Source: Octopus vulgaris (Eukaryota). From it: a stretch of 64,000 bases of DNA. A program made the translations under genes and the position numbers. This document shows, one piece after another, positions 26,136 through 39,330 of the stretch; positions within the stretch are counted from its first letter, which is position 1, and each line of letters begins with the position of its first letter. Location: the NCBI GenBank assembly GCA_951406725.2, contig OX597821.1, forward strand, positions 44,268,001 through 44,332,000. Reading direction: 5' to 3'. The notes below the pieces were generated by a model. That model saw only the letters and a program-made list of their open reading frames with translations. It was not told where the DNA came from and searched no databases.

Positions 26136-26534
26136 TGTTAGTATTTTGTTAGTATTTCTCACTGGTAAGAATATTTCAAGACAGCTATCCATTCTGGTCC
26201 CAGCAGAGGCTGTCTGTCTGAGATATTCTTGGGATTCCCAGCAAACATTTGACCTTAATGTTGCAACATGTCATGGTTTCTTTTCGAGTTTTTGTAATTA
26301 TATAGTTATATAGTTATTGCTATATTTGGGGATGGTCTTTTTACTTTTTTTCCCAAACAAATACACACAGTATATATTCGTTTGTCACTCATTGATGATT
26401 GTTTTTATTTTATCATATGTCCATTGTCTGAAAATCTTTTGTCACACATCTGTGATCTCCTCAGCAATTCTTCTATTAACATGTTTCCTCCTCTTTTGGT
26501 AAACGTAATTATATATTTATTAAATAAAAACATA

Positions 26535-26706
26535 GGTGCAGGCGTGGCTGTGTGGTAAGAAGTTTGCTTCCCAACCACATGGTTCTGGGTTCAGTCACAC
26601 TCTGTTGCACCTTGGACAAGTGCCTTCTACTATAACCTTGGGCTGACTGAAGCCTTGTGAGTGGATTTGGTAGATAGTAACTGGAAGAAGCCCATCGTGT
26701 GTGTAT

Positions 26707-26765
<59 letters not shown>

Positions 26766-27005
26766 CACACATATATATGTATATATTTGTGTGTGTGTTT
26801 TGTGTTTGTCCCCCTGCCATTACTTGACAACTGATGCTGGTGTATTTATGTCCCTGTAACTTAGTGATTTAACAAAAGAAATTTATAGAATAAGTACTAG
26901 GCTTACAAAGAATAAACCCTGACATTGATTTCTTCAACTAACACCCTTTAAGGCAGTGCTCTAGTAAGGCCACAGTCAAATGACTGAAACAAGTAAACAA
27001 AAAGT
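26535..27005 (+). mobile_element. SINE family A, full length
   Basis: Homologous to 30279-30680. Confidence 0.9.
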
Positions 27006-27160
27006 AAACAAAAAATCATGTATAGTTTATCCATAAATACACTGTTTCAGTACTTTCATTAATTAATTAATACATATTGTCAATGAATGAACTGATATGC
27101 AAATTTATTTGTTGCATTTTCTATAGTAAAAATATGCTATGCTCTCTTCTTCCCTGTCTG

Positions 27161-27223
<63 letters not shown>

Positions 27224-27233
27224 CTATCTATCA

Positions 27234-27285
<52 letters not shown>

Positions 27286-27762
27286 CTTTCTCTCTCTCTC
27301 TCTTAAGATTGTATGAAATAAGCACTCCTGATGAGTGAGTGAAGAAATGAGAAGATATGTAAAGATATGTGAAACAACAGAAATTACTTCTGTAGATGGA
27401 GTTCTATCATTTGGCCAAAGTATATACTTAGACAGTCAGGTTTTAGAAGTATGTCATTGATTGCACGCATTAAACAAACCTACATTCGATTAGAAACTGT
27501 GACTGAGATCCATTATTAGCCATAAACGGATCTTGGTCAGAATTTCCTATCGTGAGTTTTCAGTTGTTTGATCAATTTAGAAGTTATTTATTCATTGAAT
27601 TAGCACATAAGTGGTTAAGTATTCTGCAGACATGTGTACTCTTGATGAAATTCTCAGACAAAATCAGTGTGACTCTGAGTGAGAAGGTTGTACCATTAAA
27701 TTACTGGTACAATCCATCCATTGGTATCATCATCATCCTCATCATCATCATCATCATCATCA

Positions 27763-27815
<53 letters not shown>

Positions 27816-28050
27816 GCTTTCCATCCTTGCATGGGTTGGATGGTTTGACATGGAGCTGGCCAGCAGAGAGTTGTCCAGACTCCAACTATCTCTTGTGGCA
27901 CCAGCACTGGTATGGGTGCTTTTTAAGTGGCACTGGCACCTGAAAGACAAACCTGTATATGTGGAAGATAGCGATTTTACTTAGCTTCATGTGTCTTATC
28001 AGGTACAGCAAATCACCACATCTTCCAGTCCATATCCTTATATTTTTGTA

Positions 28051-28566
<516 letters not shown>

Positions 28567-28717
28567 ATTCTATATATATATATATAACTAAAAATAAGGG
28601 TGTCTGATAGACACCACCATGCCAAAATAGCAGTCAAATCCCTGACACTAAAAACCACGTTAAATGTTCATATCGCACCATGAGATAAGATAACATATGA
28701 ACATTTAACGCGATATA

Positions 28718-28781
<64 letters not shown>

Positions 28782-28784
<3 letters not shown>

Positions 28785-28891
28785 AACTTGTGAAGACCTG
28801 TTGACTTGTGAAGACCTGTTGACTTGTGAAGACCTGTTGAACTTGTGAAGACCTGTTGACTTGTGAAGACCTGTTGACTTGTGAAGACCTG
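28782..28891 (+). repeat. Tandem array of 6 copies of TTGA(A)CTTGTGAAGACCTG (19,18,18,19,18,18 bp)
   Basis: Counted directly; directly abuts the 5' end of a family E element. Confidence 0.95.
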
Positions 28892-29287
28892 TTGAGGCAA
28901 GTGAGGATCAGAATCGAAATCGATCAATGGAAATTGCAGATGTGTTACCAGTGCCGGTGGCATGTAAGAGAACCATCCCTTCGCGACCGTTGCCAGCGCC
29001 GCCCCGACTGGCCTCGTGCCGGTGGCACGTAAAAAGCACCATCCATTCGTGTCCGTTGCCAGCCTCGTCTGGCCCCCGTGCCGGTGGCACATAAAAAGCA
29101 CCATCCGTTAGTGGCCGTTTGCCAGCTCTGTCAGTGGTTAGCGTTAGGAAGGGCATCCAGCCGTAGAAACACTGCCAGATCTGACTGGGCCTGATGAAGC
29201 CTTCTGGCTTCACAGACCCCAGTTGAACCGTCCAACCCATGCTAGCATGGAAAACGGACGCTAAACGATGATGATGATGATGATGAT
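28892..29287 (+). mobile_element. SINE family E (internal about 62-bp tandem units, (GAT)n tail)
   Basis: GTGCCGGTGGCACGTAAAAAGCACC units, GTTAGGAAGGGCATCCAGCCGTAGAAAC, CCCATGCTAGCATGGAAAACGGACGCTAAACGATGATGAT. Near-identical to 48322-48753. Confidence 0.85.
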
Positions 29288-29413
29288 ATATATATACATG
29301 TATCAAAATAAGCAATCACCTTATTTTGAAATTGTATGGATAATGCTGTACTAAATTCTAGTGCCTCAACTTAAGTACCATAGTCATCTGAATCTAAATT
29401 TTTGCTGAACACA

Positions 29414-29450
<37 letters not shown>

Positions 29451-29467
29451 CAATGTATGCATATTGA

Positions 29468-29498
<31 letters not shown>

Positions 29499-29664
29499 AA
29501 TTTACATTCAGGGCAAGTGAGTAACTACTATACAGGCTAAACACATGCTAGAAGAAGATGCCAAATGTACCTTAAAATATCACAATAAACACAGGCTGAA
29601 CTCAGGCGTATAAATGAAAAAGATTCATAGAAGGTTCAATTACATATCAATTGATTTCAGGAAT

Positions 29665-30059
29665 TTCTTTTATTCTTTTATTTGTTTCAGTCATTTGATC
29701 ATGGCCATGCTGGAGCACCGCCTTTAGTTGAACAAATCGACACTAGGACTTATTCTTTGTAAGCCTAGTACTTATTCTATCAGTCTCTTTTGCCAAACGG
29801 CTCAGTTACTGGAACGTAAACACACCAACATTGGTTGTCAAGCGATGATGGAGGGACAAATACAGACACACAACCATATACATACATATACATATATGAC
29901 AGGCTTCATTCAGTTTCCATCTACCAAATCCACTCACAACATTTTGGTCGGCCCAAGGCTATAGTAGAAGACAACTATCCAAGGTGCCATGCAGTGGGAC
30001 TGAACCCAGAACCATGTGGTTGGTAAGGAAGCTACTTACCACACAACCACTGCTGCACC
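29665..30059 (-). mobile_element. SINE family A, full length
   Basis: Reverse complement of family A. Confidence 0.9.
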
Positions 30060-30073
30060 TACTTATATATATA

Positions 30074-30158
30074 TAAAAGAAGAAAAGAAAATGGATATTA
30101 GGAAGTTAATAATTGATTATTGTTAACTTCCTAATCTCCATTCTCTTTTCTTCTTTTA
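30074..30158. repeat. Near-perfect hairpin, about 40-bp arms with 5-nt loop
   Basis: AAAAGAAGAAAAGAAAATGGATATTAGGAAGTTAATAAT pairs with ATTGTTAACTTCCTAATCTCCATTCTCTTTTCTTCTTTT. Confidence 0.9.
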
Positions 30159-30278
30159 AGTACTTACAAACTATATGCTTTATATATACCTTTTGTTTTA
30201 AGAAAATTCATTCCCTAAAATACTAGGTATTGAACCAGTATTTCGTTGGATAAAACCATCCCTTAACGATATCCTCTA

Positions 30279-30678
30279 AGGAGTGGATGTGTGGTAAGTA
30301 GATTGCTAACCAACCACATGGTTCTGGGTTCAGTCCCACTGCGTGGCATCTTGGGCAAGTGTCTTCTACTATAGCCCCAGGCCGACCAATGCCTTGTGAG
30401 TGGATTTGGTAGATGGAAACTGAAAGAAGCCTGTCGTATATATGTATATATATATATATGTGTGTGTGTGTTTGTGTGTCTGTGTTTATCCCCCTAGCAT
30501 TGCTTGACAACCAATGCTGGTGTGTTTACGTCCCCATCACTTAGCGGTTCAGCAAAAAGAGACTGGTAGAATAAGTACTAGGCTTACAAAGAATAAGTCC
30601 CAGGGTCGATTTGCTCGACTAAAGGCGCTGCTCCAGCATGGCGACAGTCAAATGACTGAAACAAGTAAAAGAATAAAA

Positions 30679-30680
<2 letters not shown>
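30279..30680 (+). mobile_element. SINE family A, near full length
   Basis: tRNA-like head, microsatellite spacer, AAGTAAAAGAATAAAAGAA tail. Confidence 0.9.
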
Positions 30681-30715
<35 letters not shown>

Positions 30716-30776
30716 TAGATAGATATAGATATAGATATATAGATATATATATATATATATAGATATAGATATATAG

Positions 30777-30857
<81 letters not shown>

Positions 30858-30921
30858 TAAATTTATGTGTATATATAAATTTATATGTATATACACACAT
30901 ATATATGTAAGTATATATATA

Positions 30922-31142
30922 ATGAGGTGGTGCTGAAAAGTACCTGGCTTTGGGTAAAGGAAAATACAGGAACATCAGTTAATTATGATTTTATTCAATA
31001 TATTCCCCTTTCAGATTCACACACTTATTGCAGCAGTCCTTCAGTTTTTCTAAACCCCGTTAAAAGAACTCAGAAGTTTGGGCCTCCAACCAGGCCTGTC
31101 ATGATACCCTTAAAGTCAGGAACTTTTCAGCACACCCTTGTG
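30922..31142. mobile_element. Mariner-type MITE, about 220 bp
   Basis: TIRs ATGAGGTGGTGCTGAAAAGTACCTGGCTTT and AAAGTCAGGAACTTTTCAGCACACCCTTGT. Second copy at 44406-44615. Confidence 0.75.
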
Positions 31143-31184
31143 TGCATGTGTGTGTATATATATATATATATATATAAATACATA

Positions 31185-31469
31185 TGCCAGCGCCGCCTTG
31201 GCTGGCTCCCGTGCCAGTGGCACGTTAAAAGCACCAACCGATCGTGGCCGATGCCAGACTCTCCTGGCACCTGTGCAGGTGGCACGTAAAAAGCACCCAC
31301 TACACTCGCGGAGTGGTTGGCGTTAGGAAGGGCATCCAGTTGTAGAAACACTGCCAGATCAGACTGGAGCCTGGGGCAGCCCCTGGCTTCCCAGACCCTG
31401 GTCGAGCCGTCCAACCCGTGCTAGCGCAGAAAACGGACGTTAAACGATGAAGATGATGATGATGATGAT
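31185..31469 (+). mobile_element. SINE family E, 5'-truncated
   Basis: Two internal units plus the conserved body and (GAT)n tail. Confidence 0.85.
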
Positions 31470-32248
31470 ATTTATAAATGCATGCATATTTTACATATGT
31501 ATGAATGCAACAGGAAGGACATACAACTGTAAACCAATGGCTTAACAATATGTGTGCATGGAGAAAGAAAATAAAGAAACAAAAAACTAGCAAAATACAT
31601 ATATATGAACTTACATATATGTATATATGAATATATCTACATACATATACATGCATTACATATACATATACATATATATATATATACATATATATATATA
31701 CATAGCTACATGCATTTATGGATCTACATATATATACACACATATACATATTATTTATATATATACATATATATATATACATATACCTACATGCATAACA
31801 CACACGCACTCAGACACATGCATTATTATAAAACACCTCAATCACACAGATATATTTTGCGAGAGTCTTTTCATTACCAGAACAGAAAACATAGTGCATA
31901 CATCTATAAAGGCATACATCTATATGATTATATAAAGCCATTATATAAACTATCATTGCTAGTTACAGGTAAGCAGCAATGACTGCATGTATAAGATGCC
32001 AGCACAAGCTTCTATCTGGAAGCATGTTTAAATTATACATCATTAGTTTGTATCAAATTATACGAACATTATTGCAATGTCCTGAGGCAAGTAAGTTATC
32101 TTGATTTGTCAACCTAGCTGGAAAGATAATGGATTTACATGCTTATTCATATCTATATTTTTGTATCTATAAGTATTGATATACACATATGTATGTATAC
32201 AAACATACATAGATACATACATACATATATACATACATATATATATAT

Positions 32249-32325
<77 letters not shown>

Positions 32326-32414
32326 TATATACACATATATATATATATATATACATACATACATATATATACATATATACATAAACATATATATATAAAT
32401 ATATATATATATAT

Positions 32415-32495
32415 ATGTGTGTATGCTTGTATACATTTTGTATATATTAAGTGTAAAAATAAAATCTATACATGTGCATATATGAGTGAGTGTAT

Positions 32496-32526
<31 letters not shown>

Positions 32527-32577
32527 CACTCACTCATATATGCACATGTATAGATTTTATTTTTATATATCTGAGTG

Positions 32578-32608
<31 letters not shown>

Positions 32609-32691
32609 ATATACACTCACTCATATATGCACATGTGTAGATTTTATTTTTACACTTAATATATACAAAATGTATACAAGCATACACACAT
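32415..32691. repeat. Inverted duplication centred on (TA)n, with partial triplication
   Basis: 32415-32493 is reverse-complemented in part at 32526-32565 and in full at 32613-32691. Confidence 0.9.
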
Positions 32692-33403
32692 ATGTATATG
32701 TTAACTTATGGATGTATAAATTTGTGTATATGTAATATAACTGTGAAAACACAACTAGCAGCCAACATAGATCAAACAATTCCCCCTCCTCCCTTCACCT
32801 CCTTCTCTCCCTCTCTCCATTTTTACTCAGCATCATCAGTATACCAGCATTTGATAGATTTTCCTCCCTCTGCTCTGCTTCGTATATTGTTACGTTCATT
32901 ATTTTCCCAAAATACATCATTGATTGAGATGTAACCATCAGTACACATACATACATAGCTTCCTTCATTTTCTTCATTTCATTTCTAATATCCACTTTCT
33001 CTGCTTGCATGGGTCAGACAGAGTTCACTGAGCCAGATTTTCCAACAGAGGGGATGCCCTTCCTGTCATAAACCCTCAAATATTTCCAAACAACGTAATA
33101 CTTCCCCATGGTCAGGCTTGTTTTTGCAGAATATTCGAAATGAATGACATCAATTTTATGATTTACAACTACATGCGATTAAATAACAAGGAGACAAACA
33201 CCCACACACTCACATATGCATATATGCATACATATATATGTATATAGTGAGAATTTACAAAAAAAAACATAAGATGAAGACAAGTGTGTAAACAAGACAG
33301 ATGTATTAATTTATATGTATATAATTATATATATATGTGTGTGTGTGTGTGTATGTGTGTGTGTGTGTGTGTGTGTATGGGTAATTATATATATATATAT
33401 ATA

Positions 33404-34400
33404 CAGGAGTTGGACAAAATAATGGAAACACCTTCAAATTTCAAACAAATTTATTTTGATATGGGGTACGACTGTCTTTGGCAGTAATTATAACTTGAAT
33501 TCTACAAGGTATAGATTTGTACAAAGTTTGAGTTGTTTCCAAAGTAATTTTTGTCCATCCTTCAGCTAAAACAATCTCCAGTTCTTGTAGTGATGATGGT
33601 GGAGGATATTGGCTCCTTCCTTGTTTTTCTAAAATGCACCATAAATGTTCAGTAATATTGAGAGATGGAGACTGTGGTGGCCAGACAAGATGTTCAACTT
33701 CACTAGAATGTTCCTTTTCCCATTCAGTAACAACCATTGAGCTGGCAGATTTCCAAGATATAGCCCCGCCAGATCATCATAGACCTCAACCATGTTTAAC
33801 AGTTGAAAGAAGGCAGTTTGGTTCAAATGCTTCTTTTGGCTGTCTCCACACGTATACTCGGCTGGTGGTCAGAAATAGGGTAAAGGATGACTCATCTGAG
33901 AAAATAACATTCTTCCACTGCTTTAGGGACCAATTCTGTAGGTTTCCACTCTACTCTCAGCGTTCTGCAACATTTGTTTTTGAAAGTAGTGGTTTTCTGA
34001 TTATAGCCCTCCCATGAAATTTGGCTTTGTGCAGCACCCAGTGAACAGTTTTTGTGAAAACAAGGTTCTCAAGGTGGTCATAAACTCTACCATAATTTTG
34101 GGAGCTGTACTTTTGCAATCCTTTCTAACAATTCATGTAAGAGTTCGGCAGTCCGTGTCTGAAAGTTTTGGTTTTCTTCCAGAGTTTTGTTTCAACAAGG
34201 AGGTTTTTCCTTCCTTCTCAAAGGCTGTCATTACTTTTGAGACAGTACTTTTTGATACACCAAACATTTTGACTGTTTTTGTTATGCTAGCACCTACCAT
34301 ACAAGCACCAACAATTTGACCTCTTTGAAGAAAAGTAATACTTTTCTTCAACCCCTTTAATACTTGATATCATTTCTATTCTATGTAAGTCAGACCTTTT
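33404..34400 (-). mobile_element. Tc1-family DNA transposon, decayed (one TIR plus transposase)
   Basis: TA|CAGGAGTTGGACAAAATAATGGAAACACC TIR. Fragments FQRGQIVGA..GVSKSTVSKV..SGRKPKLS, WKNVIFSDESSF, VKHG, WPPQSPSLNITEHLW, SIPCRIQVII.AK..TPY, with an internal deletion. Confidence 0.9.
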
Positions 34401-35427
34401 CGTATGTAAACAGATATACGTTTTTGTAGTTGATGTATTTAATATACTTTGTATATTGACCTGCCTAACTTGCTTATCCTTAGATTTACTTGTTTCTCTC
34501 TCTTTCTCTCTCCATATATATATATATATATGTTTGTGTGTGTATATATATATATATATCTTCAACATCATCATCATCATCATCGTCATTTTTTAACATC
34601 TGCTTTCCATGCTGGCATGGATTGGACAGTTTGACTGAGGGCCTCATGAGAGCATTAAAGTCCAGATGCCACCTTGGTATTAATGCTTATATGTCACATT
34701 AGCTTTATATCAAGTTTGCATGAAAAACTGGTATGCCATGTTAGTATTAAAATTGATATGTTAGTATGATAAAGTTGTTATCTCATGTTAGTGTGATAAA
34801 GTTGATATTTCATGTTATTATGTTAAAGTTCATGTGTCATATCAGTATGATGGATTTTAAATCTTGCCAGTATGAATGTTCATACCGTCCTGTTATTTTC
34901 TTAACAAATGTTGTTAGAAATTTCTGAAAGAAATAATCTGCAAAAATACCATAAGACATTATTCTATGAATACTTAGTCATAATACTAAGATAATAATAA
35001 TTTTTGTATTACGACAGACTTAGAAGATTTGTTTATTTAAAACTCCCTTACATCTTAGCATGGTTATCTTTTTTCTTAAATCTAGCCTTTAGTATGTTTT
35101 TAACAGTGGCTTGGTTTAAAATATTGACATTGTTAAATGAATACACACATATAGGATTATGCAAACACACACACACACATCACAGTATTGACCAGACCAT
35201 CAAATTCTACTGTACACTGCTGGCCACAATGGGTTATGTTTCACTCATTGGAAAGTATATTGAATGTTCATAACTGCAACTTACACTGCTCACTTCTGAG
35301 GGCCATGTTGTACAGTTCCTAGCATCATCCTCCCCATGCGTAGCAGTATCGCCCCTTTTATAGCTGCCAGCTCATTCATTTCTCATCTCATGATTTCCAC
35401 GTGGTTGCATGAGACTTCCCATGAGAG

Positions 35428-35468
<41 letters not shown>

Positions 35469-35908
35469 GATACTAAAATCAGCAACCCAATGCAACTATC
35501 ACCTTATTCATCCTTGAAACATTTGGCTTTTACATCCTGCCACAATTCTTGCACTTCGCTGCAGTTGAAGACTTGATGAAATTTACCTGTTTGCTCTTCA
35601 AGGGCTAGCATTGCCAGTAATAGGCTGCTCCACTCCTATAACTCCAAGTGTTGGTGTCATGCCTAGCCTGGGGACTTGATATGATTGCACCATCACTGTT
35701 GGGCATCTTTGCAAACTCAGTGTGAACCAGTGTGCCAAGTGTTGCACTCAATTCTATTTCTGGTTCCCATGAGTTTAGCAGGGCCAGTTGCGCAACTGCC
35801 ACTGAATGCTGTGAGCAACCCTCCTTCTTAATCCATGCAGTATTCTTCCCAGCATGTATCACATATTTTGCCTTGAATGCAACATTGTTGAACATGGTTT
35901 TGTGTATT

Positions 35909-36344
35909 ATGTGCCACCGGCACGGGGGCCAGACGAGGCTGGCAACGGACATGACTGGCCTCCGTGCTGAGGGCACGTAACAAACACCATCCGAGCGTGG
36001 CCGTCCGCCAGCCTCGTCTGGCACCTGTGTCGGTGACACATAAGAAAACACCATCCGAGCGTGGCCGTCTGCCAGCCTCGTCTGGCACCTGTGTCGGTGG
36101 CACATAAAAAACACCATCCGAGCGTGGCCGTCTGCCAGCCTCGTCTGGCACCTGTGTCGGTGGCACATAAAATCACCCACTACACTCTCGGAGTGGTTGG
36201 CGTTAGGAAGGGCATCCAGCTGTAGAAACACTGCCACATCTGACTGGCCTGGTGCAGCCTTCGGGCTTCCCAGACCCCAGTTGAACCGTCCAACCCATGC
36301 TAGCATGGAAAGCGGACGTTAAACGATGATGATGATGATGATGA
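35909..36344 (+). mobile_element. SINE family E with about 4 tandem units and an inverted 5' segment, inserted in Gypsy-derived DNA
   Basis: Units with period about 62-63 bp; (GAT)n tail; the first about 42 bp are in the opposite orientation. Confidence 0.85.
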
Positions 36345-36349
36345 TCCTC

Positions 36350-39330
36350 ACCTATTTCAAAGAATGGGTTGACAGCAACCCTCAGTGGTTTTTACATTAA
36401 CTTTTCAGCCATTTGTAATTTACGACCACCTGAGGCACTCCAATGGTTGAGCAGAATTTTGTTCAAGTAGTTGCCGAAATTCCCTGTCTTCAGATCAAAA
36501 TGCTTCAGTGCAGCTTTCACAGTTTGTATGGCTCTTTCAGCAGTGCTGTTAGATGCCTAACTATAAGCAGGTGTCTCAATTTTCCTGCAGCCCATTGATG
36601 ACAACATATTCTTTCATGCAATAAATTCAGGTCTGTTGTGGGTGCACCAAAACAAGTGAAGACCTGAAGCAGATTGCTTTTTACTGTCTCAGTTGAGCAA
36701 TTTGGACACAAGAATGCTTAAATCCTTCTTAGCATTCCTTCTGGCATGTATCACGTATTTTGCCTTGGATGCAACATTGTCGAACATTGTTTTAGTGTGT
36801 TACATCCTCACCTATTTCTGATGCGCTCCATTATTACAGGACAGATGTCCTGCCATGCACTGTCACATTTGTCTAAATGTGAAGCAAAGAAAATGATAAC
36901 ATCATCATTAGTCTCATTATACCTCAGCTTAGAGAGGTCACTGATGTGCAAAATACTTTTACCTGAAACATGCTTAATGACAAAATCGTACTGTGATAGA
37001 ATCAAACTCCACCTGGCTATTTTTTGTGAAGCATATCGAGATACATTTAGATCTTTCACGAACAGGATCTTAAAGGCTGGTAATCTGTTTCCAAATAAAA
37101 CTGCTTTCCTAGAACGAAATGATGCAGTCTATCTATGCAGCATAAACCTCTCTCTCTATGTTTGACCAATTTCATTGTACCTGGCTAAAGGTGTGGCTTA
37201 TGAATGCTACTGGGTGTCCTTCCTGGGATAACACCCCAGCTACTGTAATCAAGAATGTATCTATAGTGAGAGTGCTCATCTCCATTGAGTATGGTTACAA
37301 AACTTGAGCCTGCACAAGATGAGTGATAAGCATACAGAAAACCTTAACTTGCACTTTACCCCGCTTAAATTCTTTAGATCTAGCTAAGAGTGGTTCTACT
37401 TTCTCAGCATACACCAGGGCAGATCTGTAGTAATTCATCAGACCCAATATTTTGTCAATATTTTCCTTCAATATTGGTACTTGTATGTCTTAATTTTGTT
37501 GCCAACTTCTGAAATGGAGAAATACTCTCTTCAGATATGTTCCTTCCCAGGAAGGTCAAATTTCTTTTTCTGGAGAATGACTTTTCTTTGTTAATGGAGA
37601 ACTGCACCTTAGCCTTGCAACTACCGCATTTTCTCTGCTCGTCAATTTTGCATTGCTATTTGCATAGATGAGGATATCATCTTGGTATACCCCAACTCTT
37701 TCGATCCTTTTTAGCAGAGTTTCCATACAGTTATGAAATATGCCACTCAAATTCTTAAGGTCCATTTGAAGTCTGTTAATCAGGTAGAAATCATTGTTTG
37801 TATTAATAGTGCAAATCCACCTTGCTTCCTCCACTAAAGTTATTTACCAATATGTATGCTTTAAAGTGAGAGAGGAGAAAAAATTCACACCTGAAAAACC
37901 AGAGAAGATAGTGTCAATTGATGGTATGGGAAAAGAATAGGTGTCAATATGTGCATTTAAATAAACCTTGTAATCAACACACGCAAAGAGATCCATCTTT
38001 TTTCTCAGCCATATCACAGGTGAGACACACCTGACTCCAGAGTAATCTAACAGAATGATGATACCCATTTCTAACCTCTTTAACTCAACTTTCATTTCTT
38101 TTTCCAAATGTACTGGAGCATGTCTTGCTGAACTCCTCACGCTTTATCTTGTATCAGAGCAATTAACTCAAGCCACAAAACCTTTAACCTTTGGGAACAC
38201 ATCCATGTTTAAATTGAAACAGATTGAACTGAATGCAACGACGAAGATGTCAAAAAGAAGCCAACATTTCTTTTTACTTTGTATCAATACAATATCTTTT
38301 CCAATCAGCCCAAAAGAGTATGGGTTGTCTATCACAATGAATTTATATGACTCGTCAGTGTTATTAAGTTTAAATGTCACTTGGACTGATTCAACAACCT
38401 TTAGATCTGAAGCATCAAAAGATAATCTATTGTAGCATGATTCAAATGGGATACCTAACTGTGAAGCAAATGTTAATGGGACTATCGAATAAGCTGCCTC
38501 AGCATCCACTTTCATATCTATGCTTCAGTTATTTATAAAACACTTGCAAAAACTTATGTTATCTGCACTTTCCTTGTTGTTCCAGTTTGTCCAAATGGTG
38601 ATCATTTTACATCAGCAAAATCTTGCAAAATGCCCTAATTTTCTACACTTTTTACAATTTTTCCTATATGCTGGACACACACAAGCTTTGTATGTATACC
38701 TGCAATTTCAACCTTTCACAACAACATCATAACTGCGGGTATTCTTGTTGACATTAAAGTTTGTTATTGCTTGTCAACTACTCACTAACAGTGTTTCTGA
38801 TTCTACGGTGAATGTGAGAGCAGCTATTTCAGTGTAATTCATTATGACAATCCAATGATAAAAATGAGTTTCATGATTTCCTCTTCTGGATTTTCTTCCA
38901 ACCTATTCAAATGAAAGAAGAAAGCTTGAGAATTAATCCTAAGAAGAAAGTTGCTGATTGACTCATCTTCTGGTTGCTTTAGTTCCAATAATTTCAATCT
39001 GTTTGCAATTAACAGTCTCTCTCCTTCGGCTTTATTAATTGTTGCAACGCATTTATTATTTGTTGGTATGTTGCATTCTGAAGACTTACCTGGAAAAGAA
39101 CATTTCTTAACTTCATTATGACTTCAACTCCACAGGTAGAAAGAACAAAATCTTGAACAAAATCACTTAAGTAAATTGTTTCCCCATCGTCATGCAAGCC
39201 TTCCAAGTGGCCTCTTCCAATATATTGTATACCACTTGGCAACTGCTTTTGGTATTCTGTGATCACATTGTTCACTCCGCTCCATTCTTGAAGTGTCTCA
39301 TTTCAAATATGCTCTTGTAATATTTCTCAC
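36350..39330 (-). mobile_element. Ty3/Gypsy LTR retrotransposon internal region, heavily decayed
   Basis: Minus-strand order: gag-like (39009-39275), zinc knuckle CKKCRKLGHFARFC (about 38620-38665), protease VDAEAAYSIVP, RT VDYK..FPIPSID..FS and YQDDILI, RNase H RWSLILSQYDFVIKHVSGK, integrase FGAP..AERAIQTVK. No LTRs recognised. Confidence 0.85.

Noticed and set aside
30279-30350. tRNA genes at SINE heads (families A, B, C)
   Set aside because: A and B boxes are present but they continue into SINE bodies and lack complete cloverleaves.
35605-36306. 233-aa ORF, and similar ORFs at 28634, 31127, 48325 and 62111
   Set aside because: Read-through of antisense SINE family E sequence; the same peptides recur at each copy.
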